64,000 bases of DNA from an uncultured Acidimicrobiaceae bacterium. GTDB lineage: Bacteria; Actinomycetota; Acidimicrobiia; Acidimicrobiales; CAIXPF01. A program made the position numbers and the translations under genes. Positions 26,918-35,566 of the stretch are shown here, in pieces. The notes under the pieces were generated by a model. The model ran no database searches. It was not told the DNA's origin and was given only the letters and a program-made list of their open reading frames with translations. Position 1 is the stretch's first letter. Each line of letters starts with the position of its first letter. The stretch spans positions 333,402-397,401 of the forward strand of contig CAVZHK010000001.1 of the NCBI GenBank assembly GCA_963775055.1. The letters run 5' to 3'.

Positions 26918-28681
26918 TTGGTCGCAATTCTTCTGACGGCCCCGTCAACTCGCCCGCCACGTGGCCTGTGCGGTCTCGCCACGGCTTTCGACCGCTACCG
27001 TGACGCCGTGACCTCGCCCCTGGAGGACGCCCTCGACGACTTTGTCACAGAGGTCGGATCAGCCCTTGCCGACGCCATGGTCGCCACCGGCACCGCGGCC
27101 GGCACCGCCACCGGGGACCAGGCTCGCCGCGACGCCCTGCTGGAGGCGTTCTCCCTGGTCTGCGCGGTTCTCGACGCCGACGGACGGCTGGCTGATGACG
27201 AGCTGTGGGCCCTGATCACCGTGTTCGGACCCCGTCTGGGCGGTGAGCTGACCGGGGCTGATCCCGCGTCGTTGCGCCGCGGCGGGCTGGTCTCGGGCCG
27301 CTCCGCGTGGCTGTCGGAGCCCTCGGCGCTGTTCGACACGTTGGTGTGGTTCGACGGGGCGCGGGGCAGCACCCATGCCCGGACCTACACCAACCGGGCC
27401 TTCCGTTTGGGTCTCTCCACCGCGGCGGTGGACTTCATGACCTCGGAGTCTGAGATCCTGGCCATCGAACAGCTCCGGGGGATGCTGCTGCGGGCCCGGG
27501 CAGCCGGGGAGAGCGGCTCGGGTGGTGCTGCGTCAGGGCCAACGTCGCGGACCGCAGCGTTCGGGCGCAGCTCCCCGCGAATCGACGGCGAATCGGCGCT
27601 GGGACCCGATGGGGCCGCGCCGAATCCGGCGACGACCACCGTTGGCCGTCCACCCGGCGCGGCGGCCAACGACACGGCCGGATCCAGTGCCGCCGAGAAC
27701 GAAGCGCTGGCGCCACCGCGACCGTTGGAGGACCTCTTGGCTGCGCTCGACCAGCTGATCGGGCTGGCCGGCGTGAAGGGCGAGGTCAAGCTGGTGGCCA
27801 ACCTGCTCGCAGTGCAGCAACTGCGCCGTGAGCGGGGTCTGCCGGTGCTGGCGCAGAGCCGGCATCTGGTGTTCACCGGCAACCCCGGCACCGGTAAGAC
27901 CACGGTGGCCCGGCTGCTGGCGGAGATCTACCGCACGCTGGGCGTGGTTGATCGGGGCCATCTGACCGAGACCGACCGGGCCGGGTTGGTGGCAGGTTTC
28001 GTGGGACAGACGGCCCTCAAGGTCACCGCCCTCTTCGACGCCGCCGACGAGGGCGTGCTGCTCATCGACGAGGCCTACACCCTGGCCCGGGGCGGCGAGC
28101 GGGACTTCGGACGGGAGGCCATCGACACCATCGTCAAGCTGATCGAGGACCGGAGGGATTCCATCGTGGTCATCGCCGCCGGCTATCCCGTCGAGATGGC
28201 TGAGTTCGTCGACGCCAACCCCGGGTTGCGCTCCCGCTTCCCCAAGACCATCTTCTTCCCCGACTACAGCACCGACGAGCTGGTCGAGATCTTCAAAAGG
28301 TTGGGCCAGTCCAACCGCTACCACGCCGACCAGTCCGCCCTCGCGGCGGTGCGAACGTTCTTCGACGCCCAGTCCCGGGACCAGGGCTTCGGCAACGCCC
28401 GCCTGGCCCGCAACCTGTTCGAAGCCGCCGTGGCCCGCCACGCCTCCCGGCTGATGACCGCGGTGAGCCAGTCCGAACCACCGCAACCCCCCACCGGGGA
28501 CCCCGGCGGCCTCCCGACCGAACCACCCGACCACCGCGCCGACAACGCGACCGGGTCAAGCACCGAGGACGCCGAACCGGCCCCGCTGGGGCCGGTTCGG
28601 CCGCATCCATTGGCCGAGGTCACCGACGACGAGCTCACCACCCTGCAGGTCGAGGACATTCCGACCACGCTGTCAACGTAG
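26918..28681 (+). CDS. CbxX/CfxQ/SpoVK-type AAA+ ATPase with N-terminal TerB-like domain
   Basis: The C-terminal module has [18 protein letters not shown], Walker A ([16 protein letters not shown]), Walker B ([10 protein letters not shown]) and an arginine-finger region (IAAGYP...NPGLRSRF). The N-terminal 190 aa has a [14 protein letters not shown] motif, and a Gly/Ser/Ala/Pro linker joins the two. An alternative GTG start lies at 27008. Confidence 0.85.
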   Translation: MVAILLTAPSTRPPRGLCGLATAFDRYRDAVTSPLEDALDDFVTEVGSALADAMVATGTAAGTATGDQARRDALLEAFSLVCAVLDADGRLADDELWALITVFGPRLGGELTGADPASLRRGGLVSGRSAWLSEPSALFDTLVWFDGARGSTHARTYTNRAFRLGLSTAAVDFMTSESEILAIEQLRGMLLRARAAGESGSGGAASGPTSRTAAFGRSSPRIDGESALGPDGAAPNPATTTVGRPPGAAANDTAGSSAAENEALAPPRPLEDLLAALDQLIGLAGVKGEVKLVANLLAVQQLRRERGLPVLAQSRHLVFTGNPGTGKTTVARLLAEIYRTLGVVDRGHLTETDRAGLVAGFVGQTALKVTALFDAADEGVLLIDEAYTLARGGERDFGREAIDTIVKLIEDRRDSIVVIAAGYPVEMAEFVDANPGLRSRFPKTIFFPDYSTDELVEIFKRLGQSNRYHADQSALAAVRTFFDAQSRDQGFGNARLARNLFEAAVARHASRLMTAVSQSEPPQPPTGDPGGLPTEPPDHRADNATGSSTEDAEPAPLGPVRPHPLAEVTDDELTTLQVEDIPTTLST

Positions 28682-28711
28682 GCGCCGCTCGAAGCTGGCC
28701 AATGGGGACGC

Positions 28712-29584
28712 TTGTCGCGGCGCCACCCCCCTGGGGCCATCACCCTGAGGGACGGCGAGCCCACCAAATCCCACCCCCGCCAGGGCGCGCCGGCCTCGCC
28801 ACCGATTGAAGGTATCTCGGCGCTCGAACGTGGTGACTACGTTGGCCAAGTGACAGCAGTGGTTCTGATCGTGGTGCTCCTGGGACTGGTGAGCGTGGGC
28901 GCCGTGGCGGTGGTGGCGGCTCGCCGGCGACCGGGCCTGCGAGCGGCGGTGGAAACTGACGGTCGGGACGGCGGCAGCGCCATCCAGATCGACCCCTTTG
29001 GTGTCAGCGAGCCATGGCGACAGTTCGTGCAACATGCCCTGCACGCCCGGGATCAGTTCCGGGTCACGTTGCGCGGCGCTCGAAGGGGACCGCTGCGGGC
29101 TCAGCTGGAGGACATCGGCGAGTCCCTCGACGGTGGCATGGCACGGGCCTGGGCCACCGCCCAGCACGGCCATCGCCTGAGCCAGGCCCGGGGCCGCATC
29201 GACACCGACCGGCTCACGGCCGACCTGAACCAACAGCCGGCCGACGGGGTCGGTGGCGGCGCCCCGGACGGGCGGGGTGGTCAGCTTCCGGGCCAGCCGA
29301 CGGGGGCGATGGCCAACCCATCAGCGACGGACGGTGACGCCATACGGGAGTCCCTGCAGGCCCAGCTGGATTCGGCTTATCGGCTTGACCAGATCATCGC
29401 AAACGCCGAGCAGCAGCTCCGGCTCCTCACCACCCAGCTCGACGAGGCGGCGACCCGGGCGGGCGAGTTGGCGGTAAGGGCCGGTACCGGCGATGCGCTG
29501 GAGGCGGTGGCGGCGGACATCACCCGGGCCTCGGACCAGCTCGAGGCATTGCGGCTGGCAATGGAGGAAACCGACCGCCTCTGA
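28712..29584 (+). CDS. membrane-anchored coiled-coil protein of unknown function
   Basis: One TM helix (VTAVVLIVVLLGLVSVGAVAVVAA) and a helical region (DPFGVSEPWRQFVQHALHARDQF...). The C-terminal heptad-like segment is LQAQLDSAYRLDQIIANAEQQLRLLTTQLDEA. The start is uncertain, and GTG 28850 is possible. Confidence 0.7.
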   Translation: MSRRHPPGAITLRDGEPTKSHPRQGAPASPPIEGISALERGDYVGQVTAVVLIVVLLGLVSVGAVAVVAARRRPGLRAAVETDGRDGGSAIQIDPFGVSEPWRQFVQHALHARDQFRVTLRGARRGPLRAQLEDIGESLDGGMARAWATAQHGHRLSQARGRIDTDRLTADLNQQPADGVGGGAPDGRGGQLPGQPTGAMANPSATDGDAIRESLQAQLDSAYRLDQIIANAEQQLRLLTTQLDEAATRAGELAVRAGTGDALEAVAADITRASDQLEALRLAMEETDRL

Positions 29585-29586
29585 GG

Positions 29587-29620
29587 CCGGTGCCCAGGGC
29601 CCCACACGGCCGGGCACCGG
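29587..29620 (+). promoter_or_regulatory. strong hairpin between the coiled-coil gene and pspA (terminator or attenuator)
   Basis: CCGGTGCCC..GGCC-CCACAC-GGCC-GGGCACCGG lies immediately after the stop at 29584 and 52 nt before the pspA ATG. There is no U tract. Confidence 0.4.
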
Positions 29621-29672
29621 AGCAGCGGATATCGCCGTCGGCCGGTGGATCACACCGGTAGGCTTTCCGCTC

Positions 29673-30497
29673 ATGCTGAAGCTCGCCCGACGTTGGTGGA
29701 AGTACCTCACGGCCAAGCTGACGGGGTCGTTCAATGAGCGGGCCGATCCCAAGGTCCAGCTCGAGCAGGCCATCATGGAGGCCCAGGAGCAGCACAGCCG
29801 GCTCAAAGAGCAGGCGGCCAACGTCATCGCCATCCAGAAGCAGTCCGAGCTGCAGCTGAACCGCAAGCTGGACGAGCTGGAGAAGCTGTCGGGCCAGACC
29901 CGCCAAGCGGTGGTCATGGCCGATGACGCCACCAAAGCCGGCAACGCCACCAAGGCCGCCGATTACGCCCGGGCCGCGGAAGCGTTGGCCACCCGGCTCA
30001 TCGCCCTCGAGAATGAGATCAATGACCTCAAGGCCCGCTCGTTGCAGGCGGCGCAGGCGTCAGACCAGGCCAAGGCCGCGGTGACGCAGAACTCGTCGAT
30101 CTTGCAGAAGCGCCTGGCCGAGAAGAACCAGCTCATGGGCCAGCTGGAGCAGGCCAAGATGCAGGAGCAGATGAACACCGCCATGGCCTCCCTCAACGAG
30201 ACCGTGGGGGCTGACGTGCCCACCTTCAACGAGATCCGGGACAAGATCGAGGCCCGTTACGCCAAGGCCACCGGTACCGCTGAGCTCGAGGGCGACTCGG
30301 TGGAGAGCCGCATCCTGGAAGTCGAAGCGGCCGCGCAGAATGTGGAGGCCGCCACCCGGCTGGCCCAGATCCGGGCCCAGCTCGGCATGGCCCCCGCCGC
30401 CGAACCAGCCCAACTACCCACCGCGGCAGCCGTCCCCGACAAGCCGGTGGCCGACGCCACGCCGGCCCAGCCCCAAGCCGAACCCAGCGCCGGCTGA
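29673..30497 (+). CDS. pspA: PspA/IM30/Vipp1 family protein (bacterial ESCRT-III-like)
   Basis: MLKLARRWWKYLTAKLTGSFNERADPKVQLEQAIMEAQEQHSRLKEQAANVIA..., with long coiled coils throughout. The start is placed at ATG 29673. Confidence 0.9.
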   Translation: MLKLARRWWKYLTAKLTGSFNERADPKVQLEQAIMEAQEQHSRLKEQAANVIAIQKQSELQLNRKLDELEKLSGQTRQAVVMADDATKAGNATKAADYARAAEALATRLIALENEINDLKARSLQAAQASDQAKAAVTQNSSILQKRLAEKNQLMGQLEQAKMQEQMNTAMASLNETVGADVPTFNEIRDKIEARYAKATGTAELEGDSVESRILEVEAAAQNVEAATRLAQIRAQLGMAPAAEPAQLPTAAAVPDKPVADATPAQPQAEPSAG

Positions 30498-30668
30498 GCT
30501 CGTCCTGCCGCTGCCCCCGACCGCCGCGGCACCGGCTACCGGGTGTCCCTCTCGGCCGTGGCAGGCGATCGGCCCCCTGATGAACGCCCAGTGATGAGCG
30601 CCTCCCCATGAACCCCCAGGTCCGGTGCGCCCCTACCCGGTCACGACCAACCAACCAGGCCTAGCGGC

Positions 30669-31022
30669 ATGGCGACGGTGTGGGTTGCCCTGGCCGGGGC
30701 CGCGGGGGCGGTGGCGCGCTACCGCATCGGCATGGCGGTGGGCGTCCGGTCCTTCCCGTGGGCCACGCTGAGCATCAACATCGCCGGCTGTTTCGTGCTG
30801 GCGGCGTTGGCCGCGGGGCCCGCTGCCCGCTGGTCACCCACCGTGTCTGTGGCGCTGACGGTCGGGTTCCTGGGGGCCTTCACCACGTTCTCGACGTTCG
30901 GGTACGAAACGATCACGCTGGTTCGCACCGACCGACCGGGCCTGGCCGCGCTGTACGTCGGGGCCTCCCTTGTCGGGGGGTTGGGGGCCAGTGCGGGCGG
31001 CTACCTGCTGGGCCGGGGCTGA
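30669..31022 (+). CDS. crcB: fluoride ion channel CrcB/FluC
   Basis: 117 aa, four TM helices, and the motifs FPWATLSINIAGCFVL and GFLGAFTTFSTF. Confidence 0.9.
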   Translation: MATVWVALAGAAGAVARYRIGMAVGVRSFPWATLSINIAGCFVLAALAAGPAARWSPTVSVALTVGFLGAFTTFSTFGYETITLVRTDRPGLAALYVGASLVGGLGASAGGYLLGRG

Positions 31023-31074
31023 GGCCGGGGCCCTGAAGCGCCGCTGAGCCAGCACGGATCGACCAACCACGCCC

Positions 31075-32163
31075 CTACGGCACCAGGACCAGATCATCGC
31101 GATGGATGACCTCGGCGGGGTCGGAGGCGGGTAGGTCCTCGCTGCGGCGGCCTTTCATGCGCTCGAGGTTGCGCGAGCTGACCCGCACCAGACCCTTGGC
31201 GAACACCTCACCGTCGGCGCTCATCAGCTCCACCGCCGCGCCCCGGTGAAACGCGCCGCGCACCTCTAACACCCCAACCGGCAGCAAGGACACCGTCCGG
31301 TCGAGCAGCGCCCGGCGGGCTCCGGCATCCACCACCACCGATCCCTCGGCCGGGACCGCGAAAGCGATCCACAGCTTCTTGGCCGACAGCCGACGCTCGT
31401 GGGCCAACACCACCGTGCCGACACCGGCCACCCCGCCCACAGCATCCACCAGCACCCCCGAACGGCCGGCGGCGGCGATCACCGCTCGCACCCCGGACCA
31501 GGCGGCGATCTTGGCCGCGGCCAGCTTCGATGCCATGCCGCCACTGCCCCGGGCACTGCCGGCCCCACCGGCTATGGCCTCATGCTCCGCGTCGACCTGG
31601 ATGATCTCCTCGATGAGGGAGGCCGAGGCGTCCAGGCGGGGATCGGCGGTGAACAGCCCGGGCGTGTCCGTCAACAGCACCAGCAGGTCCGCCCGCACCA
31701 GATGGGCCACCAGCGCCGCGATGCGGTCGTTGTCACCGAAGCGGATCTCGGCGTCGGCCAGGGCGTCGTTCTCGTTGATGATCGGCACCACCCCCAGCTC
31801 CAAGAGCCGTGACAAGGTGGCCTTGGCGTGCACGTACTGGGCCCGCTCGAAGAAGTCCAGCGGCGAGATCAACACCTGACCAGCTACCAGGTCCCAGCCG
31901 GCCAGCACGTCGTTGTAGATGTGCATCAACCGGCTCTGGCCCACCGCGGACAACGCCTGCAGGGTCCGGCCATCGCGGGGCCGATCCTTCAGGCCCAGGG
32001 CCGCCATGCCCGCCGCCACCGCCCCGGAGGACACCACGATGACCTGATGGCCCTGGTCGCGGACCGCGGCCACCTCGGCGCACAGCTTGACCACGGCGTC
32101 GGGTTGGATGCCCCCGGCAGCGTCAGTCAGCGAGGACGTGCCGATCTTGACCACGACCCGCAC
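31075..32163 (-). CDS. proB: glutamate 5-kinase
   Basis: VVKIGTSSLTD, amino-acid kinase fold motifs and a C-terminal PUA-like region. The start is placed at GTG 32163, just after the obg stop. The upstream 41 codons overlap obg. Confidence 0.9.
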   Translation of the reverse strand: MRVVVKIGTSSLTDAAGGIQPDAVVKLCAEVAAVRDQGHQVIVVSSGAVAAGMAALGLKDRPRDGRTLQALSAVGQSRLMHIYNDVLAGWDLVAGQVLISPLDFFERAQYVHAKATLSRLLELGVVPIINENDALADAEIRFGDNDRIAALVAHLVRADLLVLLTDTPGLFTADPRLDASASLIEEIIQVDAEHEAIAGGAGSARGSGGMASKLAAAKIAAWSGVRAVIAAAGRSGVLVDAVGGVAGVGTVVLAHERRLSAKKLWIAFAVPAEGSVVVDAGARRALLDRTVSLLPVGVLEVRGAFHRGAAVELMSADGEVFAKGLVRVSSRNLERMKGRRSEDLPASDPAEVIHRDDLVLVP

Positions 32164-32167
32164 CGGA

Positions 32168-33424
32168 TCAACCGTGCTCGGTGTAGTCGAACTCGAACCC
32201 ACCGATGCGCACGGTGTCACCCTCGGTGGCGCCCGCTCGCGCCAGGGCCTTCTCCACGCCCATGCGTTTGAGCTGGTCACGGGCATAGTCCGCGGCGTCG
32301 GGGTTGGTGATGTCCGACAGCGCCACCGCCCGCTCGGCCTGGCGACCGATGACGGTGAAGCTGCCGTTGTCGTGTCGTTCGATGCGGAACCCCTCCGGCA
32401 CCGGGCGATGCACTACGAAACCCTCCCGCTGCGGTTCGCTGCCCCGGGCCGCCCCCACCAGCTGCGCCAACCGGTAAACAAGCTGGTCGATGCCCTCCCC
32501 GGTCACCGAGGAGATGGTGAGGTCCAGGCCCTCATCGGACCCCTTGTCGACCTCCTCCCCCCGCAGATCGGCCTTGGAGCCCACGATCAGCCGGGAGCGG
32601 TCCAACAGCTGAGGCTGGTAGGCGCCGAGCTCGCCGAGCAGAACCTCCACCTGCCGTTGCGGTTCGGTCCCGTCGATCATGGCCAGATCGACCAGGATCA
32701 CCAGCACCCGGGCCCGTTCGATGTGGCGCAGGAACTGGTGGCCCAACCCCCGACCCTCCGCTGCCCCCTCGATCAGACCGGGGATGTCCGCCACCACGAA
32801 ATCCCCACCATCGCTCACCCGGACCACACCCAGGTTGGGTTCAAGGGTGGTGAAGGGGTAGTCCGCGATCTTGGGCTTGGCGGCAGAGATCCGGCTGATC
32901 AGGGTGGACTTGCCGACGTTGGGGTAACCCACGAGCGCCACGTCCGCGGCCAGCTTCAGTTCCAGCCGAAGCCAGTGCTCCTGGCCCTCCTCACCTTGCT
33001 CGGCGAAGGAGGGCGCCCGACGGCGGTTGGAGAGAAACGAGGCGTTGCCCCGACCGCCCCGGCCACCCTCCGCCGCCAGCCATCGATCACCGTCTCCGAC
33101 CAGATCGACCAGCACCGAGCCGTCCGGATCCTTCACCACCGTACCGACCGGTACGTGGGCCAGGACGTCTTTGCCGGTGGATCCGTCCAGCTTCTTGCCC
33201 TTGCCGTGCACGCCGTTGGTGGCCCGCCGATGGGGATGGTCGCGGTAGCCGATCAGCGAGCTGACGTTGCGGTCCGCCACCAGCCACACGTCCCCGCCCG
33301 CGCCGCCGTCACCCCCATCGGGACCACCACGGGGCACGTACATCTCGCGCCGAAAGGAGACACAGCCCGCACCCCCATCGCCACCACGCACGTTGATGGC
33401 ACACTCATCGATGAAGGTCGACAC
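32168..33424 (-). CDS. obg: GTPase Obg/CgtA
   Basis: The Obg fold has glycine-rich repeats (GGDGGAGCVSFRRE, GGPDGGDGGAGG). G1 is GYPNVGKSTL and G3 is DIPGLIEGA, and a C-terminal TGS-like domain follows. Confidence 0.95.
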   Translation of the reverse strand: MSTFIDECAINVRGGDGGAGCVSFRREMYVPRGGPDGGDGGAGGDVWLVADRNVSSLIGYRDHPHRRATNGVHGKGKKLDGSTGKDVLAHVPVGTVVKDPDGSVLVDLVGDGDRWLAAEGGRGGRGNASFLSNRRRAPSFAEQGEEGQEHWLRLELKLAADVALVGYPNVGKSTLISRISAAKPKIADYPFTTLEPNLGVVRVSDGGDFVVADIPGLIEGAAEGRGLGHQFLRHIERARVLVILVDLAMIDGTEPQRQVEVLLGELGAYQPQLLDRSRLIVGSKADLRGEEVDKGSDEGLDLTISSVTGEGIDQLVYRLAQLVGAARGSEPQREGFVVHRPVPEGFRIERHDNGSFTVIGRQAERAVALSDITNPDAADYARDQLKRMGVEKALARAGATEGDTVRIGGFEFDYTEHG

Positions 33425-33518
33425 GACTGACCAGGCTATTCGCTGCGCCCCGACGCCCCGGGTTCCAGCTCACCGTGGCCGCCGGGGTGCCGGTAGCTGC
33501 TCCTACGATGAGTGGGTC

Positions 33519-34739
33519 ATGAACCAGCAGCGCAGCGAACGGGCCCAGGCGTGGGCGGCCACCATGACCGGCCACCCCGGGGTGGCTTCCGGCAACGCCC
33601 ACCGTGACCACGCCGACACCGACGACGGCGTCGACAACGATGCCAACGCTGGTCCGTCGCTCCGTCTGGCCCACGCTGACAGCGGCACCCCCCTGAGCGA
33701 GCAGGCCGTTCATGGCGGCGAGGCCACCGTCGTGTGGGACCGCGAGGCCCGCGAAGCCGCCGAAGACCGCCATCTGGTGCCCGGCGCCACCCGCTCCCAC
33801 GGTGGCGGTGACCGGGCCCGGCCCGAGCAACCGGACCCCAACCGCACCTGTTTCGAACGGGACCGGGACCGGATCCTGCACAGCACGGCCTTCCGGCGCC
33901 TGGCCGGCAAGACCCAGGTGTTCGTGTTCCCCCACGATCATCAGCGGACCCGGCTGACCCACGCTCTGGAAGTGGCCCAGGTGGCCACCTCCATCGCCGG
34001 CGCCCTGCGGCTGAACCTGGCGCTGACCGAAGCCATCGCCCTGGGCCACGACTGCGGTCACGGTCCGGGCGGGCACGCCTCCGAGGAAGCGCTGGACCCG
34101 TTCGTGTCCGGCGGGTATGACCACGCAGTGTGGGGGGCCGACGTCGTGTTGCCGCCGCTGAACCTGTGCCGCCAGACCCTCGACGGGATCCGCAACCACT
34201 CCTGGTCCCGGCCGGCGCCGGCCACCCCCGAGGGCGAGGTCGTCAGCTGGGCCGATCGCATCGCCTATGTGTGCCATGACTTCGAAGACGCGGTGTCCGC
34301 CGGCCTGGTGGCTCCCGATCAGCTGCCGGCCGCGGTCCGCCAACGCTGTGGGGAGACCCGCCGGTTGCAACTGGCGGCGTTCATCGGAGCGGTGGTGGAG
34401 GGCACCTGCCGCCACGGCCGGGTCGGGATGGACGCAGGGGCCGCTGACGCCCTGGCGGCGTTCCGGCGGTACAACTACGAGCAGATCTACCTGCGCCCCT
34501 CCTCGCTAGAGCAGGGTCGGCGGGTCATTCGGCTACTCCAGGCGCTGGTCGAGCACTACGCCGCCCGGCCGGCTCAGCTCGCCCCCTCACGCCAGCGGGA
34601 CCTGGACCCCGCCAGCGCGGAGGCGTTCCGGGAGGCAGTGACCTACGTGGGAGGGATGACGGACCGTTTCGCCTGCGCCCAGGCTCTGGAACTGCTGCAG
34701 TACCCCGCTGGGGACCTGCCGGCAGGGTTCGACGTCTGA
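33519..34739 (+). CDS. dGTP triphosphohydrolase-like HD-domain protein
   Basis: FERDRDRILHSTAFRRLAGKTQVF, RTRLTHALEVAQV and LGHDCGHGPGGH. The start is placed at ATG 33519, because upstream codons are antisense to obg. Confidence 0.88.
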   Translation: MNQQRSERAQAWAATMTGHPGVASGNAHRDHADTDDGVDNDANAGPSLRLAHADSGTPLSEQAVHGGEATVVWDREAREAAEDRHLVPGATRSHGGGDRARPEQPDPNRTCFERDRDRILHSTAFRRLAGKTQVFVFPHDHQRTRLTHALEVAQVATSIAGALRLNLALTEAIALGHDCGHGPGGHASEEALDPFVSGGYDHAVWGADVVLPPLNLCRQTLDGIRNHSWSRPAPATPEGEVVSWADRIAYVCHDFEDAVSAGLVAPDQLPAAVRQRCGETRRLQLAAFIGAVVEGTCRHGRVGMDAGAADALAAFRRYNYEQIYLRPSSLEQGRRVIRLLQALVEHYAARPAQLAPSRQRDLDPASAEAFREAVTYVGGMTDRFACAQALELLQYPAGDLPAGFDV

Positions 34740-34770
34740 GCCGGACAGGCCAACGGGTCGGGACGCGCAA

Positions 34771-34800
34771 CGGCCCCGCCGACACAGGCCGACGGGGCCG
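34771..34800. terminator. hairpin between convergent dgt-like and rpmA genes
   Basis: CGGCCCCG-N14-CGGGGCCG forms a perfect 8-bp GC stem. Confidence 0.45.
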
Positions 34801-34818
34801 AGAGGAAGGCTCGCGGGG

Positions 34819-35091
34819 CTAGTCCCCTGACGCCGCGGTTTCTCCGGGCAGCACGTGAACCACCCGACGGCCACCGGCAGCACCGAAGGCGACCTTGCCG
34901 TCAGCCTTGGCGAAGAGGGTGTCATCCCCGCCGCGACCCACGTTGTCCCCCGGATGGAAGCGGGTACCGCGCTGGCGCACCAGGATGGAACCGGCCCGAA
35001 CCTGGGTCCCGGCGAAGGCCTTCACCCCGAGGCGTTGGGCATTGGAGTCCCGGCCGTTGCGGGTTGAGCCGCCACCTTTGGTCTTCGACAT
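34819..35091 (-). CDS. rpmA: 50S ribosomal protein L27
   Basis: [48 protein letters not shown]. Confidence 0.97.
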   Translation of the reverse strand: MSKTKGGGSTRNGRDSNAQRLGVKAFAGTQVRAGSILVRQRGTRFHPGDNVGRGGDDTLFAKADGKVAFGAAGGRRVVHVLPGETAASGD

Positions 35092-35155
35092 GGTCTGCTC
35101 CTACGGGTTTCGTACTGTGCCGGTTGGACGCCGCTTCGGACGCCCACGTCGACGA

Positions 35156-35464
35156 TCAGAGGTCGATGGCGGTGATCTCGATGGTGGAGTACCGCTGGCG
35201 ATGACCCCACCGGCGGCGCTCGTTGGCCTTGGATTTGTAGGTGAAGCCGACCACCTTGGGGCCTTTCATCTCACCCACGACCCGGGCCCGGACCGATGCC
35301 CCTGCCAACTGGCTGGGCGTGGCCCGAACACTGTCTCCGTCCACGACCAGTACCGGGGAGAAGCTGACCTCAGCGTCCGTGTCTGAGCCCAAGAGCTCCA
35401 CCGACAGGCGTTGACCCTGCTCCACCCGATACTGCTTGCCACCGGTCTTGATAACTGCGTACAT
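35156..35464 (-). CDS. rplU: 50S ribosomal protein L21
   Basis: MYAVIKTGGKQYRVEQGQ...FTYKSKANERRRWGHRQ. The start is placed at ATG 35464. Confidence 0.97.
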   Translation of the reverse strand: MYAVIKTGGKQYRVEQGQRLSVELLGSDTDAEVSFSPVLVVDGDSVRATPSQLAGASVRARVVGEMKGPKVVGFTYKSKANERRRWGHRQRYSTIEITAIDL

Positions 35465-35566
35465 AGCGAGGGTCCAATCTAGTGCTTCGAGTGCTCGGCG
35501 CGACAAACGCGGCCGGCGGGTTGGGGCCCGACGCTCGGGACCGGGCGGTTTCGGGCGGTGTCGGGG

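Noticed and set aside
30498-30668. Possible fluoride riboswitch in the 171-nt region upstream of crcB, which contains three UGAUGA(A/G)CGCC-like or CAUGAACCCC elements and a CCCCUACC near the 3' end.
   Set aside because: I could not fold the consensus crcB-motif architecture by eye (GGCGAUG...CGCC hairpin, AAAC linker, second hairpin, pseudoknot to ...CCUAC). It needs a covariance-model search (Rfam RF01734). A score above threshold would overturn this rejection.
30680-31036. The 118-aa ORF overlapping crcB in another frame.
   Set aside because: The crcB frame has the canonical motifs and TM pattern. The alternative frame is Arg/Gly/Pro-rich.
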